A DNA stretch of 64,000 bases from an uncultured Thermoplasmata archaeon. Its GTDB lineage: Archaea; Thermoplasmatota; Thermoplasmata; UBA10834. Of this stretch, positions 47,673-59,201 are shown piece by piece. Each line of letters starts with the position of its first letter. The stretch's first letter is position 1. Where the stretch lies: contig CAVRDX010000003.1 in assembly GCA_963719945.1 (NCBI GenBank), forward strand, positions 128,001 to 192,000, given 5' to 3'. The position numbers were made by a program, and so were the translations under genes. The notes beneath the pieces were generated by a model. That model saw only the letters and a program-made list of their open reading frames with translations. It did no database searches and had not been told where the DNA came from.

Positions 47673-48416
47673 CTATTGGCGGCCATTCTTCTGCAGCTCG
47701 ATTGCTTCCCTGAGCGAAATATGCCCACCCGCGACCCGCGCGGCGAGGTTCTTGGAGACGGTGATCGATCCGCTGCTCTCGAGTCTGCTCAACCTCTGGA
47801 TGTTGCGGATCTCTCCTGGACACGGATCGATTCTCAGACGTCTGTCCGGTCTGTATCCTTGGGTGAGAGCGATTTCCACTGCGGCATCCTCGTCCGGAGT
47901 CCGTGATTGAGGGGTCGTATTGCTCTCATCGACTATCTCAACAGAATGACCATCGTCCCATAACCTGTTGAATATCCTGTTCCTGTTGATTCTGTCTCCA
48001 TTGCCTATTCTGATCTTGAGTCTGGAAAATGGGCGCTCTCTGATGATCCTATCCACAATGTCCCCAACCGCTTCCGGTGATTTGGCTAGCAGCTTCTCCA
48101 GGACAACCCCATCGCCGACAGCAGCCACACCAGGCTTCGCTCCGGGATCGATTCCGATCATTAGATCGTCGAGGTCTCGATTTCCGGACAGCGTCTTGAG
48201 TGCCATTGAGACGGCTGCTTCAGGATCGGATTCGATTATGACAAAATCGAACTGTACTCTGTCCCTCTCCTCCAAAGTCGATATGACGACCCCGATGTTG
48301 GCCGGTATCGGTTCCATGAACTCCAATGAGAGGAATTTCAGTTTGCGGCCCCTCAGGACTTCGAGCATCTCATAGTATGTCCTCGCGTCCTGAGTCAGCA
48401 GACCGATATGTTTCAT
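47673..48416 (-). CDS. Conserved archaeal protein with RNase H-like (YqgF/RuvC-like) domain
   Basis: IGIDPG, IRIGNG, VDESNTT, DEDAA. Confidence 0.6.
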   Translation of the reverse strand: MKHIGLLTQDARTYYEMLEVLRGRKLKFLSLEFMEPIPANIGVVISTLEERDRVQFDFVIIESDPEAAVSMALKTLSGNRDLDDLMIGIDPGAKPGVAAVGDGVVLEKLLAKSPEAVGDIVDRIIRERPFSRLKIRIGNGDRINRNRIFNRLWDDGHSVEIVDESNTTPQSRTPDEDAAVEIALTQGYRPDRRLRIDPCPGEIRNIQRLSRLESSGSITVSKNLAARVAGGHISLREAIELQKNGRQ

Positions 48417-48519
48417 ACGATGAGCCTATTTGATGCAGTTGGGATAAAAGACTTTTGATTCATTTCCCCATTCATCAGTATAATTGATGCGCTCTCTTCC
48501 GTGCAAACAGAGTTCTCGT

Positions 48520-49674
48520 TCATGGTTTCCGGCCGAACTTGCTGAAACGGGTCTTCTTTCTGTCGCCCCGATCATAATCCCCGAGCGAGTCTCCGAGTTG
48601 CTTCATGAGATCTTTCTGTTCAGGCGTCAGCTTGGTCGGTATCTGGACTGTGACCTTAACGAACTCGTCGCCTTCTCCGAACCCTCTCAGGTCCGGCATG
48701 CCCTTTCCTTTGAGTCTGAAAACAGTGCCTGTCTGAGTCCCTGATGGTACTGTCACTCTCGCGGTCCCATCGAGTGTCGGCACATCGATCTGCGCTCCTA
48801 GAGCTGCCTGTGTGAACGTTATCGGGGCTTCCAGCCATAGGTCTCTTCCATCCCGTGCGAACACGGAATGTCCATCGATATGGATTATGATGTACAGATC
48901 CCCAGACGGACCTCCGTTGGGGCCAGCCTCGCCAGCCCCTCTTATCCTCAAACGCATGCCCTCTTCGGCACCCTTGGGGATCGATACCTTCAAGGTCGAT
49001 GTGGTCTGGACTGCTCCATGTCCCTGACAATCTGGACAGTTCTTTGTGATCTGGTTTCCTCTCCCTTTGCAGGTCGGGCAATTGCCGATGGTCACAAACG
49101 AGGTGTTTCCACGCTTTTGCGCCCTCTGGACTTGTCCAGCCCCTTTGCAGGTCGGACATGTCTTGATGTCCTCCTTCTTGGCGCCTAAACCACCACATGT
49201 CTTGCAGGCAATGCTGTGTGGAACCCTGATCTCCTTCTCGATCCCGGTCGCTGCTTCTTCCAGAGCTATGTCGATGTCGTACCTGAGAGACCTACCCTCG
49301 ATGGGGCCTGTTCGCCTCATCCCTCCGCCGAAGAACTGGTCGAAAATGCTCCCGCCAAAACCCGATGAATTGCCGAATATGTCGCTGATATCCCCGAAAT
49401 GCGTGAAATCCGACCAGTCAAAGCCGCCCCCTCTAAAAGTGCTTTGGACTCCTTCATGTCCGTACTGATCGTATCTGGTCTTCTTCTCGTCATCCACGAG
49501 GACCTCGTATGCTTCTGAGAGTTCCTTGAACTTCTCCTCAGCCTGTTTCGGGTCCCCCTTGTTGGTGTCCGGGTGATACTTCATGGCTAGCTTTCTGTAA
49601 GCCTTCTTGATCTCATCCTTCGAGGCGGTTCGAGATACCCCGAGTACCTCGTAGTAGTCTCTCTTCTGGACCAT
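48520..49674 (-). CDS. dnaJ: Chaperone DnaJ
   Basis: J-domain HPD, G/F region, four CxxCxGxG repeats. Confidence 0.97.
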   Translation of the reverse strand: MVQKRDYYEVLGVSRTASKDEIKKAYRKLAMKYHPDTNKGDPKQAEEKFKELSEAYEVLVDDEKKTRYDQYGHEGVQSTFRGGGFDWSDFTHFGDISDIFGNSSGFGGSIFDQFFGGGMRRTGPIEGRSLRYDIDIALEEAATGIEKEIRVPHSIACKTCGGLGAKKEDIKTCPTCKGAGQVQRAQKRGNTSFVTIGNCPTCKGRGNQITKNCPDCQGHGAVQTTSTLKVSIPKGAEEGMRLRIRGAGEAGPNGGPSGDLYIIIHIDGHSVFARDGRDLWLEAPITFTQAALGAQIDVPTLDGTARVTVPSGTQTGTVFRLKGKGMPDLRGFGEGDEFVKVTVQIPTKLTPEQKDLMKQLGDSLGDYDRGDRKKTRFSKFGRKP

Positions 49675-49695
49675 TGCATCATCACCGTTTCATGA

Positions 49696-49749
49696 CATTC
49701 TCGATCGATTCGGTCGAGAGAATGAGGAGATAGGAAAAAGAGGTTTGGG
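49696..49749 (-). terminator. Pyrimidine/U-rich tract and hairpin between dnaK and dnaJ
   Basis: Minus strand CCCAAACCTCTTTTTCC right after the dnaK stop, then inverted repeat CATTCTC...GAGAATG. Confidence 0.4.
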
Positions 49750-51627
49750 TCACTTCTTGTCATCGTCGTCGACTATCTTGTACTCAGCATCCACAAAACC
49801 ACTGTCGCCGCCACCTGATTGCTCTTCTCCGCTGGGTGGAGGTGTCTGGGGCTCCTGTGATGCCTGCTGAGCGGTCTCATAGACCCTCTTACCGATCTCC
49901 AGCAGAGCCTTGTCTAACTCATCCAACTTCTGCTTGATTATTTCCAGATCGTCGCCCGCTAGGGCGGTCTTGAGCTCCTCGGATAGTTTAGTCAGACTCT
50001 CCTTGAGGTCCTGTGGCACCTTTTCTCCCATCTCTTCCAGGATGTGGGTTACCTCGTAGGTCCTCTGTTCGGCCCTGTTCCTCAGTTCTGCCTTCTCCTT
50101 GCGCTTGAGATCCTCGTCCGCGAACCTCTCTGCGTCCTTGACCATCTTGTCGATGTCTTCCTTCCCGAGCTTCGTCGTGGCCGTGATAGTGATCTTCTGC
50201 TCCTTGCCAGTTCCACGGTCCTTCGCGCTGACATCGATTATACCGTTGGCATCGATGTCGAAGGTGACCTCGATCTGGGGCAAGCCCCTCGGGGCAGGAG
50301 GTATTCCTATCAGGTGGAAATTGCCGAGCGTGACATTATCTGTGGCCATCGGTCTCTCTCCCTGCAGGACATGGATCTCGACGCTTGTTTGCCCGTCCGC
50401 GGCTGTGGAGAAGACTTCGCTCTTCCGTGTCGGTATGGTCGTGTTCCTTTCGATGAGCTTGTGGGACACTCCTCCGAGGGTCTCTACGCCCAATGACAGA
50501 GGTGTCACATCGAGCAACAGTATGTCCTTGACGCTGCCCTCGATTATGCCTGCCTGTATGGAAGCACCCATGGCTACGCATTCCATCGGGTCCACACCTC
50601 TCACGATCTTTGGCCCGACGACTCCTTCGACGAACCTATGTACAATCGGCATCCTCGTCGGACCGCCGACCAATATGACCTTGTCTATCTTGTCAGCGCT
50701 TAGTTTCCCATCCTCAAGCGCCTGCATTGTCGGTCCATGACACTTTTCTACCACAGGCTTGACCAGCTCTTCCAGTTTCGCCCTTGTGAGTTTCATCGCG
50801 AGGTGCCTTGGTCCCGAAGCGTCTGCGCTGAGATACGGGAGGTTTATTTCGGTCTCGAGTGTGGAGGACAGCTCTATCTTGGCCTTCTCAGCAGCCTCTC
50901 TGACCCTCTGCATCGCCATCCTGTCCTTCGTGATATCCATGCTGGAATCTGCCTTGAACTCCTTGGCGATGTAATCCACCATCATGTTGTCCATATCGGT
51001 ACCGCCCAGTTGGGTGTCACCGCTCGTGGATATGACCTCAAAGACTCCATCGCCGAACTCCATTATGGTGACATCGAGCGTGCCTCCGCCAAGATCGAAG
51101 ACGAGTATCTTCTGTTCCTTTTCGGACTTGTCCAGCCCGTATGCCAGGGCAGCCGCGGTCGGTTCGTTGATTATCCTCACCACATCGAGGCCGGCTATCA
51201 TACCAGCATCCTTGGTCGCCTGTCTCTGGTTGTCGTTGAAGTATGCTGGGACGGTGATTACTGCCTTCTCGACCTTGGTGCCGAGGTACGCTTCAGCATC
51301 GCGCTTGATCTTCTGCAGTATGAACGCGGATATCTGCTGGGGCGTGAACTCCTTTCCGTGCACCTTGGTTTTGTAGTCCGTCCCCATCTTCCGCTTGATC
51401 GCCATTATTGTTCCTTCCGGGTTGGAGACCGCCTGCCTCCTGGCTGGTTCGCCTACCAGCATCTGCCCGTCCTTCGTGAAAGCGACATACGACGGGAACG
51501 CCTTGCCTCCCAAGCTGGTTCCCTCTGCGCTCGGTATTATCGTCGGCCTGCCGCCTTCTACCACAGCAGCTGCCGAATTGCTCGTGCCCAGGTCTATTCC
51601 TATGACCTTGGTCTTAGATTCTGCCAT
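49750..51627 (-). CDS. dnaK: Chaperone DnaK (Hsp70)
   Basis: [38 protein letters not shown]. Confidence 0.98.
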   Translation of the reverse strand: MAESKTKVIGIDLGTSNSAAAVVEGGRPTIIPSAEGTSLGGKAFPSYVAFTKDGQMLVGEPARRQAVSNPEGTIMAIKRKMGTDYKTKVHGKEFTPQQISAFILQKIKRDAEAYLGTKVEKAVITVPAYFNDNQRQATKDAGMIAGLDVVRIINEPTAAALAYGLDKSEKEQKILVFDLGGGTLDVTIMEFGDGVFEVISTSGDTQLGGTDMDNMMVDYIAKEFKADSSMDITKDRMAMQRVREAAEKAKIELSSTLETEINLPYLSADASGPRHLAMKLTRAKLEELVKPVVEKCHGPTMQALEDGKLSADKIDKVILVGGPTRMPIVHRFVEGVVGPKIVRGVDPMECVAMGASIQAGIIEGSVKDILLLDVTPLSLGVETLGGVSHKLIERNTTIPTRKSEVFSTAADGQTSVEIHVLQGERPMATDNVTLGNFHLIGIPPAPRGLPQIEVTFDIDANGIIDVSAKDRGTGKEQKITITATTKLGKEDIDKMVKDAERFADEDLKRKEKAELRNRAEQRTYEVTHILEEMGEKVPQDLKESLTKLSEELKTALAGDDLEIIKQKLDELDKALLEIGKRVYETAQQASQEPQTPPPSGEEQSGGGDSGFVDAEYKIVDDDDKK

Positions 51628-51655
51628 TCTTCACTCACCTCTCATTTCTTCTGTC

Positions 51656-52255
51656 CTATTCTGATTCTTCATCATCTGAATTATCGTGATTGTCATTGTC
51701 CGGTTCGGTGATTTCGACCGGTTCGATCCTCTTGGCCACCTTCACTTTGGAAGGCCTGATGACCTTCCCTCCAAGGCTGTAGCCTTTCTGGTACACCTCG
51801 AGTATCTTTCCGTCATCTGCATCTTCGGATTCTGCGCGCATCAGCGCCTCGTGCTCGAACGGGTCGAACCTGCAATCGGTTCTTATCTCTCTCAAACCCT
51901 GTCTCTGGAGGGTCTGCAAGAGTTGTCTGTGGATCCCTTCGAGCCCTTTCCTGTCATGGTCGGAAGCCTTGGTTTTTTGCGGATCTTCGAAAGCCTTGTC
52001 AAAGGTATCCAGGATAGGGAGCAAGTCGCGCATCAGTCCCTCGGCAGCGATTCTTGCCCTCTCATTCCATTCCTTCGCGATGCGCTTCTTATAATTGTCG
52101 AAATCTGCCTGGAGACGCAAAAGAGTATCGGTCAAGTCCTCTATCCTTCTGTCCAACTCCGATGCTGGGTCTTGTATTCGAGGGTCTTTCTCGTCGGAAT
52201 CACTCCCCTCTTTCGAGCCGTCGTGCTCGGTGTCATTTGTTTCATCGTCAGCCAT
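51656..52255 (-). CDS. grpE: Nucleotide exchange factor GrpE
   Basis: RLQADFDNYKKR, FDPFEHEA, QKGY, IRPSKVKV. Confidence 0.95.
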   Translation of the reverse strand: MADDETNDTEHDGSKEGSDSDEKDPRIQDPASELDRRIEDLTDTLLRLQADFDNYKKRIAKEWNERARIAAEGLMRDLLPILDTFDKAFEDPQKTKASDHDRKGLEGIHRQLLQTLQRQGLREIRTDCRFDPFEHEALMRAESEDADDGKILEVYQKGYSLGGKVIRPSKVKVAKRIEPVEITEPDNDNHDNSDDEESE

Positions 52256-52336
52256 CACCGATTGCCTCCAGTGCAATCCAGGGCCTCCAATGGCCCTTTC
52301 ACGAAAGTAATGGGTTTAAGGGGTTTGGGTCTTCGT

Positions 52337-53977
52337 CTATTCGAAGTCACCCATGTCTCCGCCAGGACCGCCTGCTCCCGGTGGTCCCTTAGGACCGCCC
52401 CTGGATGCTATGACGTCATCGATCCTCAGGATCATGACGGCGGCGTCTGTCGCAGAGCTGATCGCCTGTCTTCCGACGCGAATCGGTTCAAGCACCTTCT
52501 CCTTCTTCATGTCGGTGATCTTGCCCGTGAAGACATTGATACCGGCATTTTTCTTTCCAGCCTTGTGTGCCTGTCTGAGTTCGATAAGTACATCGATCGG
52601 GTCGAGACCTGCATTCTCCGCAAGTGCTGTCGGAATGACTTCCAGAGCGCTTGCGAAAGCATCGATTGCGATCTGTTCCCTACCACCAACGGAAGCCGCA
52701 AAGTCTCTCAACTTGAGCGCCAGCTCAGCTGCTGCGGAACCTCCGCCAGTAACGAGCCTTCCATCCTCGAATGCTACCGAAACGACGCTTATGGCATCGT
52801 TCAGGGACCTGTCGACCTCATCGATCACGTGCTCCGTTCCGCCCCTGATCAATACTGATACGGCCTTCGGGTTCTTGCATCCGGTGACGAATGTCATCTT
52901 GTCATCAGCGATCTTCCTCTCTTCGACCATGTTGGCGACACCGAGGTCATCTGCCTTCAGATCGTCTAGCTTGGTCACGAGGTTCGCGCCTGTGGCCTTG
53001 GCGAGCTTTTCCATATCGCTCTTCTTGACCCTGCGGACCGCGTATACCCCGGCCTTCGACAGGTAATGCTGTGCGAGATCGTCGATGCCCTTCTGGCAGA
53101 ACAGCACGTTCGCGCCGGACTTCTTGACGGTCTCGACCATCTTCTTCAGCATGTTCTCCTCTTCATCGAGGAACGCATGCAGCTGGCTTGGGTCGGTTAT
53201 CTCGATCTTCGCATCTATCTCAGTCTTCTTGACTTCGAGCGCCGAATCGACGAGTGCGATCTTCGCCTTCTCGACCTTCTTCGGCATCGCTGGGTGAACT
53301 GCTTCCTTGTCGACGATGATTCCTGCGATCATTGTGGTGTCATCCGTGGAGCCACCCTGCTTCTTCACGATTTGGATGTCGTCTTCATCGACCGTCCATG
53401 CCCCCTCGCTGTTCTTCTCAGCGACAGCTGAGACCGCGTCGACTGCTACCTTTGCCAGCAATTCCCTGGATCCGGCGACGCTCTTGGATATCATTGATGT
53501 CTTTGCGATATCGATGAGTACGTCCCTGTCCTTGGAATCCACCTTGATGGATACCTCATCAAGGAACTCTCTCGCCTTCAGCGCCGCGAGTCTGTACCCG
53601 CCGGATATGACCGTTGGGTGTATGTTCTGTTCAATGAGTGCCTCAGCCTTCTTCAGGAGTTCACCGGTAAGGATGACTGCGGTCGTGGTTCCGTCCCCGC
53701 ATTCCTCGTCCTGTGTCTTGGCGACCTCGACGATCATCTTGGCCGCGGGGTGCTCGATGTCTATCTCCTTGAGGATAGTCACTCCATCGTTCGTTATTAC
53801 CACATCACCCATGCTGTCGACGAGCATCTTGTCCATGCCCCTCGGGCCCAATGTGCTCCTGACTGTATCGGCGATTGCTCTGGCTGCAGAAATGTTGTTG
53901 AACTGCGCGCCTTTTCCTTTCTCTCTCTTGGTTCCTTCTTTCAATATGAAAATGGGTGTTTGACCTATCAATTTCAT
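52337..53977 (-). CDS. ths: Thermosome (group II chaperonin) subunit
   Basis: [29 protein letters not shown], Gly-rich tail. Confidence 0.97.
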   Translation of the reverse strand: MKLIGQTPIFILKEGTKREKGKGAQFNNISAARAIADTVRSTLGPRGMDKMLVDSMGDVVITNDGVTILKEIDIEHPAAKMIVEVAKTQDEECGDGTTTAVILTGELLKKAEALIEQNIHPTVISGGYRLAALKAREFLDEVSIKVDSKDRDVLIDIAKTSMISKSVAGSRELLAKVAVDAVSAVAEKNSEGAWTVDEDDIQIVKKQGGSTDDTTMIAGIIVDKEAVHPAMPKKVEKAKIALVDSALEVKKTEIDAKIEITDPSQLHAFLDEEENMLKKMVETVKKSGANVLFCQKGIDDLAQHYLSKAGVYAVRRVKKSDMEKLAKATGANLVTKLDDLKADDLGVANMVEERKIADDKMTFVTGCKNPKAVSVLIRGGTEHVIDEVDRSLNDAISVVSVAFEDGRLVTGGGSAAAELALKLRDFAASVGGREQIAIDAFASALEVIPTALAENAGLDPIDVLIELRQAHKAGKKNAGINVFTGKITDMKKEKVLEPIRVGRQAISSATDAAVMILRIDDVIASRGGPKGPPGAGGPGGDMGDFE

Positions 53978-54247
53978 ACCTCCGTTTAATCAATCTGGAT
54001 TGACCAGTTCCTCCCCCCTGTTGCGGGGTTAGGGGTTCATATATGTTAGTGCTTCTATATAATGATTGCCGTTCATATGTTCGGCGATTCAAGCTGATTC
54101 GAATCATCCAGTTCCTGCAATGCCAACCATGCTCGCACCGACACTGGAATATGGTCTACTAATCGGAATCGGGCCATCGGTAAGTACTTGAATTAGGTAT
54201 GTATGACCGATATGCTTGCAAGAACATATCGCGCTGAGGTGACATTC

Positions 54248-55867
54248 ATGACTGACGCTGCAGCACAACAGGCAACAAAGAGCGATTCCGGGTACAGAAA
54301 CGGCTCACAGAGAACATATGTGAGCATCGCCTCCGATGAGAGCATTCATCAAAAATTCGCCATAGCCGCAGAGTCTCTAAGACGAGAGTTTGGCAGACGT
54401 CATCCGATGCATATCGGTGACAAGGAGGTCTTTGGCGATGGTGAGGAGATTGTACTGAGAAGCCCTTTGGACTCGAGGATCATATTGGGCAACTTCCAGG
54501 CAGCTTCCGGAGAACATGCTAGACAGGCAATCGAATCTGCGAATGATGCATTCCCACATTGGTCTTGCACCAGCTACGAGGAACGAGCGAGGATCTTCCG
54601 CAGGGCCGCCGACATATTGGAACAGAAGGCCTTCCATTTCGCAGCTCTGGCATCCTACGAGGTCGGCAAGAGCAGACTCGAAGCCCTTGCAGAGATGTAC
54701 GAAGTCGTGGATTGGTTCAGATACTATTGCGATCAGCTCGAATCCACGGAGGGTTTTCTTACACGCATGCGCTCGCAGGTGAAGGGAGAGCGATGCGTCA
54801 GCGTGCTTAAACCTTACGGCGCATGGGCAGTGATATCGCCGTTCAATTTTCCCATCGCCCTTGCGAATAACATGTGCGCTGGAGCTCTTATGATGGGCAA
54901 CACGGTCGTCTTCAAACCGACAAGTGCTGCTCCATTCAGCGGTTTGAAACTCTACCAGCTCTACAGGGATGCCGGGATCCCACCAGGTGTGATGAATATC
55001 GTCACTGGTCCTGGGAAGGCCTTCGGTGAGGCAGTGTCATCTCACCCGGGAGTCGCGGGCGTGGCCTTCGTCGGCTCTATGGTAGTGGGCAACGCCCTCA
55101 AGAAGAGCTTCACCGACAACCAGGCCTACACGAAGCCGTTCATATCCGAGATGGGTAGCAAGAACCCCGTCATCGTCACCGATGAGGCGGACATAGACAA
55201 AGCGGTCAAGGGCGTGATGAAAGGGGCATTCGGATTCCAGGGTCAAAAATGCAGCGCTACATCGAGGGCATATGTCCACCGGAGCATCGCGCAAGAGTTC
55301 ATCAAGAAGCTTGTGAAGGAGACCTCCGACCTACGCATAGGCAACCCGATTTCGAAGGATGTATTCCTCGGCCCAGTCATCGATTCACGCGCGGTAGACA
55401 CATACGTTAGCGCTATAGAGCTTGCAAAGAAGGATGGCGGCGATATTCTCTGCGGAGGAAAAGTCCTCTCCCAGGGGAATATGGCCTATGGATCCTATGT
55501 GGAGCCGACGGTGATAACTGGTCTTCCGACAGACCATTCTCTGTTCAAGGATGAATTGTTCCTCCCGATACTGGCAGTGGCTGAGTATGAGCATCTCGAT
55601 CAGGCGCTGGAACTCGCGAACAATACTGACTATGGTCTGACGGCGGGAATATTCACAGAGGATAAGGCTGAGATCGAGACCTTCTTCCGCAAGATACAGT
55701 TTGGAGTCTGCTACGCTAACAGGGCTGGTGGCGCCACAACCGGTGCTTGGCCCGGGGCCCAGGCTTTCGTCGGCTGGAAGGCGAGCGGCACCACTGGCAA
55801 GGGAGTTCTCGGCCCGCACTATCTGCAGGGTTTCGCGAGGGAACAATCCCATACAATCGTCGAATAA
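54248..55867 (+). CDS. Aldehyde dehydrogenase, 1-pyrroline-5-carboxylate dehydrogenase-like
   Basis: ISPFNFP, EMGSKN, FGFQGQKCSA, ELFLP, YGLTAG, TGAWPG. Confidence 0.88.
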   Translation: MTDAAAQQATKSDSGYRNGSQRTYVSIASDESIHQKFAIAAESLRREFGRRHPMHIGDKEVFGDGEEIVLRSPLDSRIILGNFQAASGEHARQAIESANDAFPHWSCTSYEERARIFRRAADILEQKAFHFAALASYEVGKSRLEALAEMYEVVDWFRYYCDQLESTEGFLTRMRSQVKGERCVSVLKPYGAWAVISPFNFPIALANNMCAGALMMGNTVVFKPTSAAPFSGLKLYQLYRDAGIPPGVMNIVTGPGKAFGEAVSSHPGVAGVAFVGSMVVGNALKKSFTDNQAYTKPFISEMGSKNPVIVTDEADIDKAVKGVMKGAFGFQGQKCSATSRAYVHRSIAQEFIKKLVKETSDLRIGNPISKDVFLGPVIDSRAVDTYVSAIELAKKDGGDILCGGKVLSQGNMAYGSYVEPTVITGLPTDHSLFKDELFLPILAVAEYEHLDQALELANNTDYGLTAGIFTEDKAEIETFFRKIQFGVCYANRAGGATTGAWPGAQAFVGWKASGTTGKGVLGPHYLQGFAREQSHTIVE

Positions 55868-56023
55868 GTGTGCACACAAATCTGCAATTTGAGATGCAGA
55901 CCCAACCCCCTGGTATCAATTGGGCTGCATCTCCTCTTTTTACGTATCTCGTAACTGTGAGCTTCTCCCATGTTCCACGCGGTCACGTTTATCTATTTGG
56001 AGACCTTCTGCGGCTTCTTGCCC

Positions 56024-56629
56024 ATGAGAATCGTCCCGCATATGTCGTTGAATGGTCGGAGTCTTCTGAGACGCGCGTACTCAAAGGAATCGATAGAAGA
56101 CATCGTCTCGCAACTATCCGACAAATTTGACATGTTATACTTATCAGATATTGACGGAATCACAAAGAATAGACCGCAGCTCGACGTGGCGCGCGAGATA
56201 TGTGAAGGAATACCAACGATGTATGAGGGTGGGCTAAGGTTCGGTCAGAATGTCATCGACATGCTCATCACAGGCGCGGAGAGCGCCGTCATCGGCACCG
56301 CGACGCTCGTCAGTCTCGAGGAGCTTGGGATAGCATTTAAGTTGTCCGAGAACATTACCTTCAAAGCAGACTACCGGGATGGGATCGTGAGTTTTGACCC
56401 CTCAATCGCTGGCAGGGCCATCTTCGACCTTTCTCGGGACGTGTTGGAGATAGGGATATCCAACGTACTCGTCCCGCAGGAACTGGCTGAAGATGCATCT
56501 AGGGCTAAGAGGGAGCTCGGATTCACCCTTGGAGTCTTCGCGACGATGACCGACCGATCGGCACTGGAACGGCTCGAGGTCGATTACATCGTAACAGAGG
56601 ATTTCGGGAGCATGGTAACGAATGAATGA
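56024..56629 (+). CDS. HisA/HisF-related TIM barrel protein
   Basis: LYLSDIDG, EGGLR, GAESAVIGTA. Confidence 0.55.
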   Translation: MRIVPHMSLNGRSLLRRAYSKESIEDIVSQLSDKFDMLYLSDIDGITKNRPQLDVAREICEGIPTMYEGGLRFGQNVIDMLITGAESAVIGTATLVSLEELGIAFKLSENITFKADYRDGIVSFDPSIAGRAIFDLSRDVLEIGISNVLVPQELAEDASRAKRELGFTLGVFATMTDRSALERLEVDYIVTEDFGSMVTNE

Positions 56630-57110
56630 TTTGCAGAAGAGTATCGCGGTCCTTTACAAGCGCAAGGGGAAGGATGTTTTGTCGGAGCGCGAGTTCGTGT
56701 TCTCAGCATCGATGGATATGAGATGGTTCTCTCCCAAGGATGCTCAGAAACTGATGGACGCAGGGCTGACGGGTGGATTCTTGGAGAAGAAGAACGGCAA
56801 CCTGATGCCGACCTTTGATTGGACATCTGCCGAGGTGCCCCTTGATTTCAAACCGAGCTCTGAAGCCATAAAGATGGGTGCGAAGCGTTCCCAGGATCTA
56901 TTCTCCGAGATAGTGGAGAATATCGTGAGGACGAAATCAGTGCCGAAGCGAGAGGTCGTGTCCAGAGTCAACAAGAAGCAGGAGCTGCTTGGAATCGATA
57001 TCGAGCCAGCTGCATTACTCGTGGCATCATCCTATGGACTGCAGGTCGATAAGTCTCACCTGGATAGGGCTATGTCTGCAGTCATGAGCAGGGATGTCTC
57101 CGCAGAATGA
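56622..57110 (+). CDS. DUF2240-like conserved archaeal protein
   Basis: EFVFSASMDMRWFSPKDA, PTFD..VPLDFKP. Confidence 0.75.
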   Translation: MNDLQKSIAVLYKRKGKDVLSEREFVFSASMDMRWFSPKDAQKLMDAGLTGGFLEKKNGNLMPTFDWTSAEVPLDFKPSSEAIKMGAKRSQDLFSEIVENIVRTKSVPKREVVSRVNKKQELLGIDIEPAALLVASSYGLQVDKSHLDRAMSAVMSRDVSAE

Positions 57111-57119
57111 GGGCGCGTA

Positions 57120-57608
57120 TCATTTCTGCATCTTTATCAGATCGGCCAGGGTGAGTGTCTTCGGGCCAGATTCCTTGGCCGCGACCACGGTCGAGACCTT
57201 CTCCTTCAGGACTATGCTTAGCTCATTCTGAAGCTTGACGATGAGCTTCTCATCAGGTCTCATGTCACCGGTCTCGATCTTGCTTATGATGGTCACTCGT
57301 TCGTTAAGGCGTGCAGCTAGATCCTTCTGGGTCAGTCCCTTGGTCTGTCTAGCATCACGGATGCGATCCGCATAATCGTCGACGAGATCCTTCTCAACGC
57401 CTTCGTAGATATCTCGTGGTCGAGACCTCTTCTCTCGGGACTCTAACCGCTGCGTTATCACCGGTTTCGGTCCCTCGGCCTCTTTGCCTTTATCTTTTCG
57501 TGCTTCCGTGCCGAATTTTGCACATTCGGTACAAACTTCAAGATGCACGCCTTCGATAGTCACCTTCTTGCAGAAGGTGACGTTCTTCCCGCACATCTCA
57601 CATATCAT
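57120..57608 (-). CDS. Archaeal multiprotein bridging factor aMBF1
   Basis: CEMCG..VCTECAKFG Zn ribbon, HTH (GLTQKDLA..KIETG..P), LTLAD; divergent from pan. Confidence 0.92.
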   Translation of the reverse strand: MICEMCGKNVTFCKKVTIEGVHLEVCTECAKFGTEARKDKGKEAEGPKPVITQRLESREKRSRPRDIYEGVEKDLVDDYADRIRDARQTKGLTQKDLAARLNERVTIISKIETGDMRPDEKLIVKLQNELSIVLKEKVSTVVAAKESGPKTLTLADLIKMQK

Positions 57609-57709
57609 GAAACCCAAGCCTCTTGCGTGAACCAGCAAAGGATAAATAGCGTATTTAACCTTATATCATTGCCAGCTCGGATTTGACATAAGAACTGGGG
57701 TGCATTATC

Positions 57710-58918
57710 TTGGAACAGGACCAATCCGCCGAGATGTTTGAAGAGATACAAAGGAGAATTTCGGTCCTTGAGGAGCGCAACCTCGAGCTTGTAGAGGAAG
57801 CTCGAAGAACCGAAGGTGAGAAGAGGTTCGTTGAGGGTGAACTCATTCGCCTTCAGAAGGAACTCAAGCGACTGAAGGCCGAGCTTGAGCGATTGAAGAC
57901 TCCACCGCTCATAATTGGTCAGATCAAGGATATACTCGCTGATGGCCGGGTAGTCGTCAAGAGCTCGACCGGACCAGATTTCGTTGTGAGCACATCAGAT
58001 TATGTATCATCCGATTTGTTGGTAGCTGGCGCCAGAGTCGCTCTGAACAAGCAGACGCTTGCGGTAATGGGTGTTCTGCCTCCGTCCCTGGACCCAATCG
58101 TTGTAGGTGCCGAGATAATAGCGAAGCCGGACACAGTCTATGAGGACATCGGAGGTTTGCGGGATCAGATCGTGGAGATAAGGGAAGCGGTCGAAGACCC
58201 ACTTCTCCGACCGGAACTCTATAAGAAGGTGGGTATTGACCCGCCGAAGGGTGTGCTTCTAGTCGGTCCACCGGGCACAGGAAAGACGCTCCTGGCGAAG
58301 GCCGTAGCGAAGCAGACCAATGCCACATTCATCCGGTTCGTCGGATCAGAGTTGGTGCAGAAATACATCGGAGAAGGCGCCAGACTGGTGCGGGAACTAT
58401 TCGATCTCGCTCGGCAGAAGGCCCCATCCATCGTGTTCATTGATGAGCTGGACAGCGTAGGCGCAAAGAGGCTTGAACTCGCAACCTCCGGCGATCGCGA
58501 GGTCCAACGCACGCTCATGCAGATACTGGCTGAGCTCGACGGGTTCAACCCGTTGGGAGAGGTCAAGATCATAGGAGCCACCAACCGGCCAGATATACTT
58601 GACGAGGCCTTGTTGAGACCCGGGAGGTTCGACAGGATCATCGAGATACCGATCCCGAACTACGAGGCGAGGTCCGAGATATTCAAGATACACAGCCGAC
58701 GCATGAATCTCGACGAGTCAGTCAACCTCGATGAGATGGCGTCCAAGGCTGAGGGTGCGACGGGTGCCGACATCAAGGCAGTCTGCACAGAGGCCGGGAT
58801 GTTCGCCATAAGGGAGAGCCGTGACATTGTCTCCATGGTCGATTTCGAGAAGGCCATTAACAAGGTGCTCGACGAGGATGACCAGAAGGCGATGGAGTCC
58901 GGCCCGATGTTCGCCTGA
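57710..58918 (+). CDS. pan: Proteasome-activating nucleotidase
   Basis: Coiled coil plus OB fold, [30 protein letters not shown]-terminal MFA (HbYX-like). Confidence 0.96.
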   Translation: MEQDQSAEMFEEIQRRISVLEERNLELVEEARRTEGEKRFVEGELIRLQKELKRLKAELERLKTPPLIIGQIKDILADGRVVVKSSTGPDFVVSTSDYVSSDLLVAGARVALNKQTLAVMGVLPPSLDPIVVGAEIIAKPDTVYEDIGGLRDQIVEIREAVEDPLLRPELYKKVGIDPPKGVLLVGPPGTGKTLLAKAVAKQTNATFIRFVGSELVQKYIGEGARLVRELFDLARQKAPSIVFIDELDSVGAKRLELATSGDREVQRTLMQILAELDGFNPLGEVKIIGATNRPDILDEALLRPGRFDRIIEIPIPNYEARSEIFKIHSRRMNLDESVNLDEMASKAEGATGADIKAVCTEAGMFAIRESRDIVSMVDFEKAINKVLDEDDQKAMESGPMFA

Positions 58919-58956
58919 GGGCCGAACCGGATTTCCTCTGCCCTATCTCTGAGGCA

Positions 58957-59148
58957 TCAATCAAACTCATTCTCTTCGATTTCTTTCTCTACGACGAAAG
59001 CGCCAATGTAGTTGCACTTCTTGCAGTGGTACTTGTACCCTGTGATCAGGGCGGCTTCGTAGTATAGGTCTGCCGAGCCGCACTGTGGACACGTCAGTAC
59101 CTTGCGTTTCTTCTTATGGTCCTTCGCCAAGGCAGAATCACTCGACAC
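58957..59148 (-). CDS. Small Zn-finger protein
   Basis: CPQCGS...YHCKKCNY. Confidence 0.7.
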   Translation of the reverse strand: MSSDSALAKDHKKKRKVLTCPQCGSADLYYEAALITGYKYHCKKCNYIGAFVVEKEIEENEFD

Positions 59149-59201
59149 CTATGAGCGCACTGCCCTCTACAAAATGGCTTCGGTCAGTTGGATGAGCATT
59201 T

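Noticed and set aside
50044-53989. Long plus-strand ORFs (e.g. 50737-51711, 51686-52858, 52353-53066)
   Set aside because: They are antisense shadows of dnaK, grpE and ths caused by codon bias and have no recognisable motifs.
54030-54070. CIRCE/HrcA operator upstream of ths
   Set aside because: Only a partial AGCACT-like half-site is present, with no TTAGCACTC-N9-GAGTGCTAA repeat.
57120-58918. aMBF1-pan adjacency as a novelty
   Set aside because: This is an already known conserved archaeal neighbourhood.
58957-59148. Small Cys-rich ORF as the missing RING E3
   Set aside because: It has only four Cys ligands (single Zn ribbon) and lacks the C3HC4/C3H2C3 spacing; the same applies to 60879-61136.
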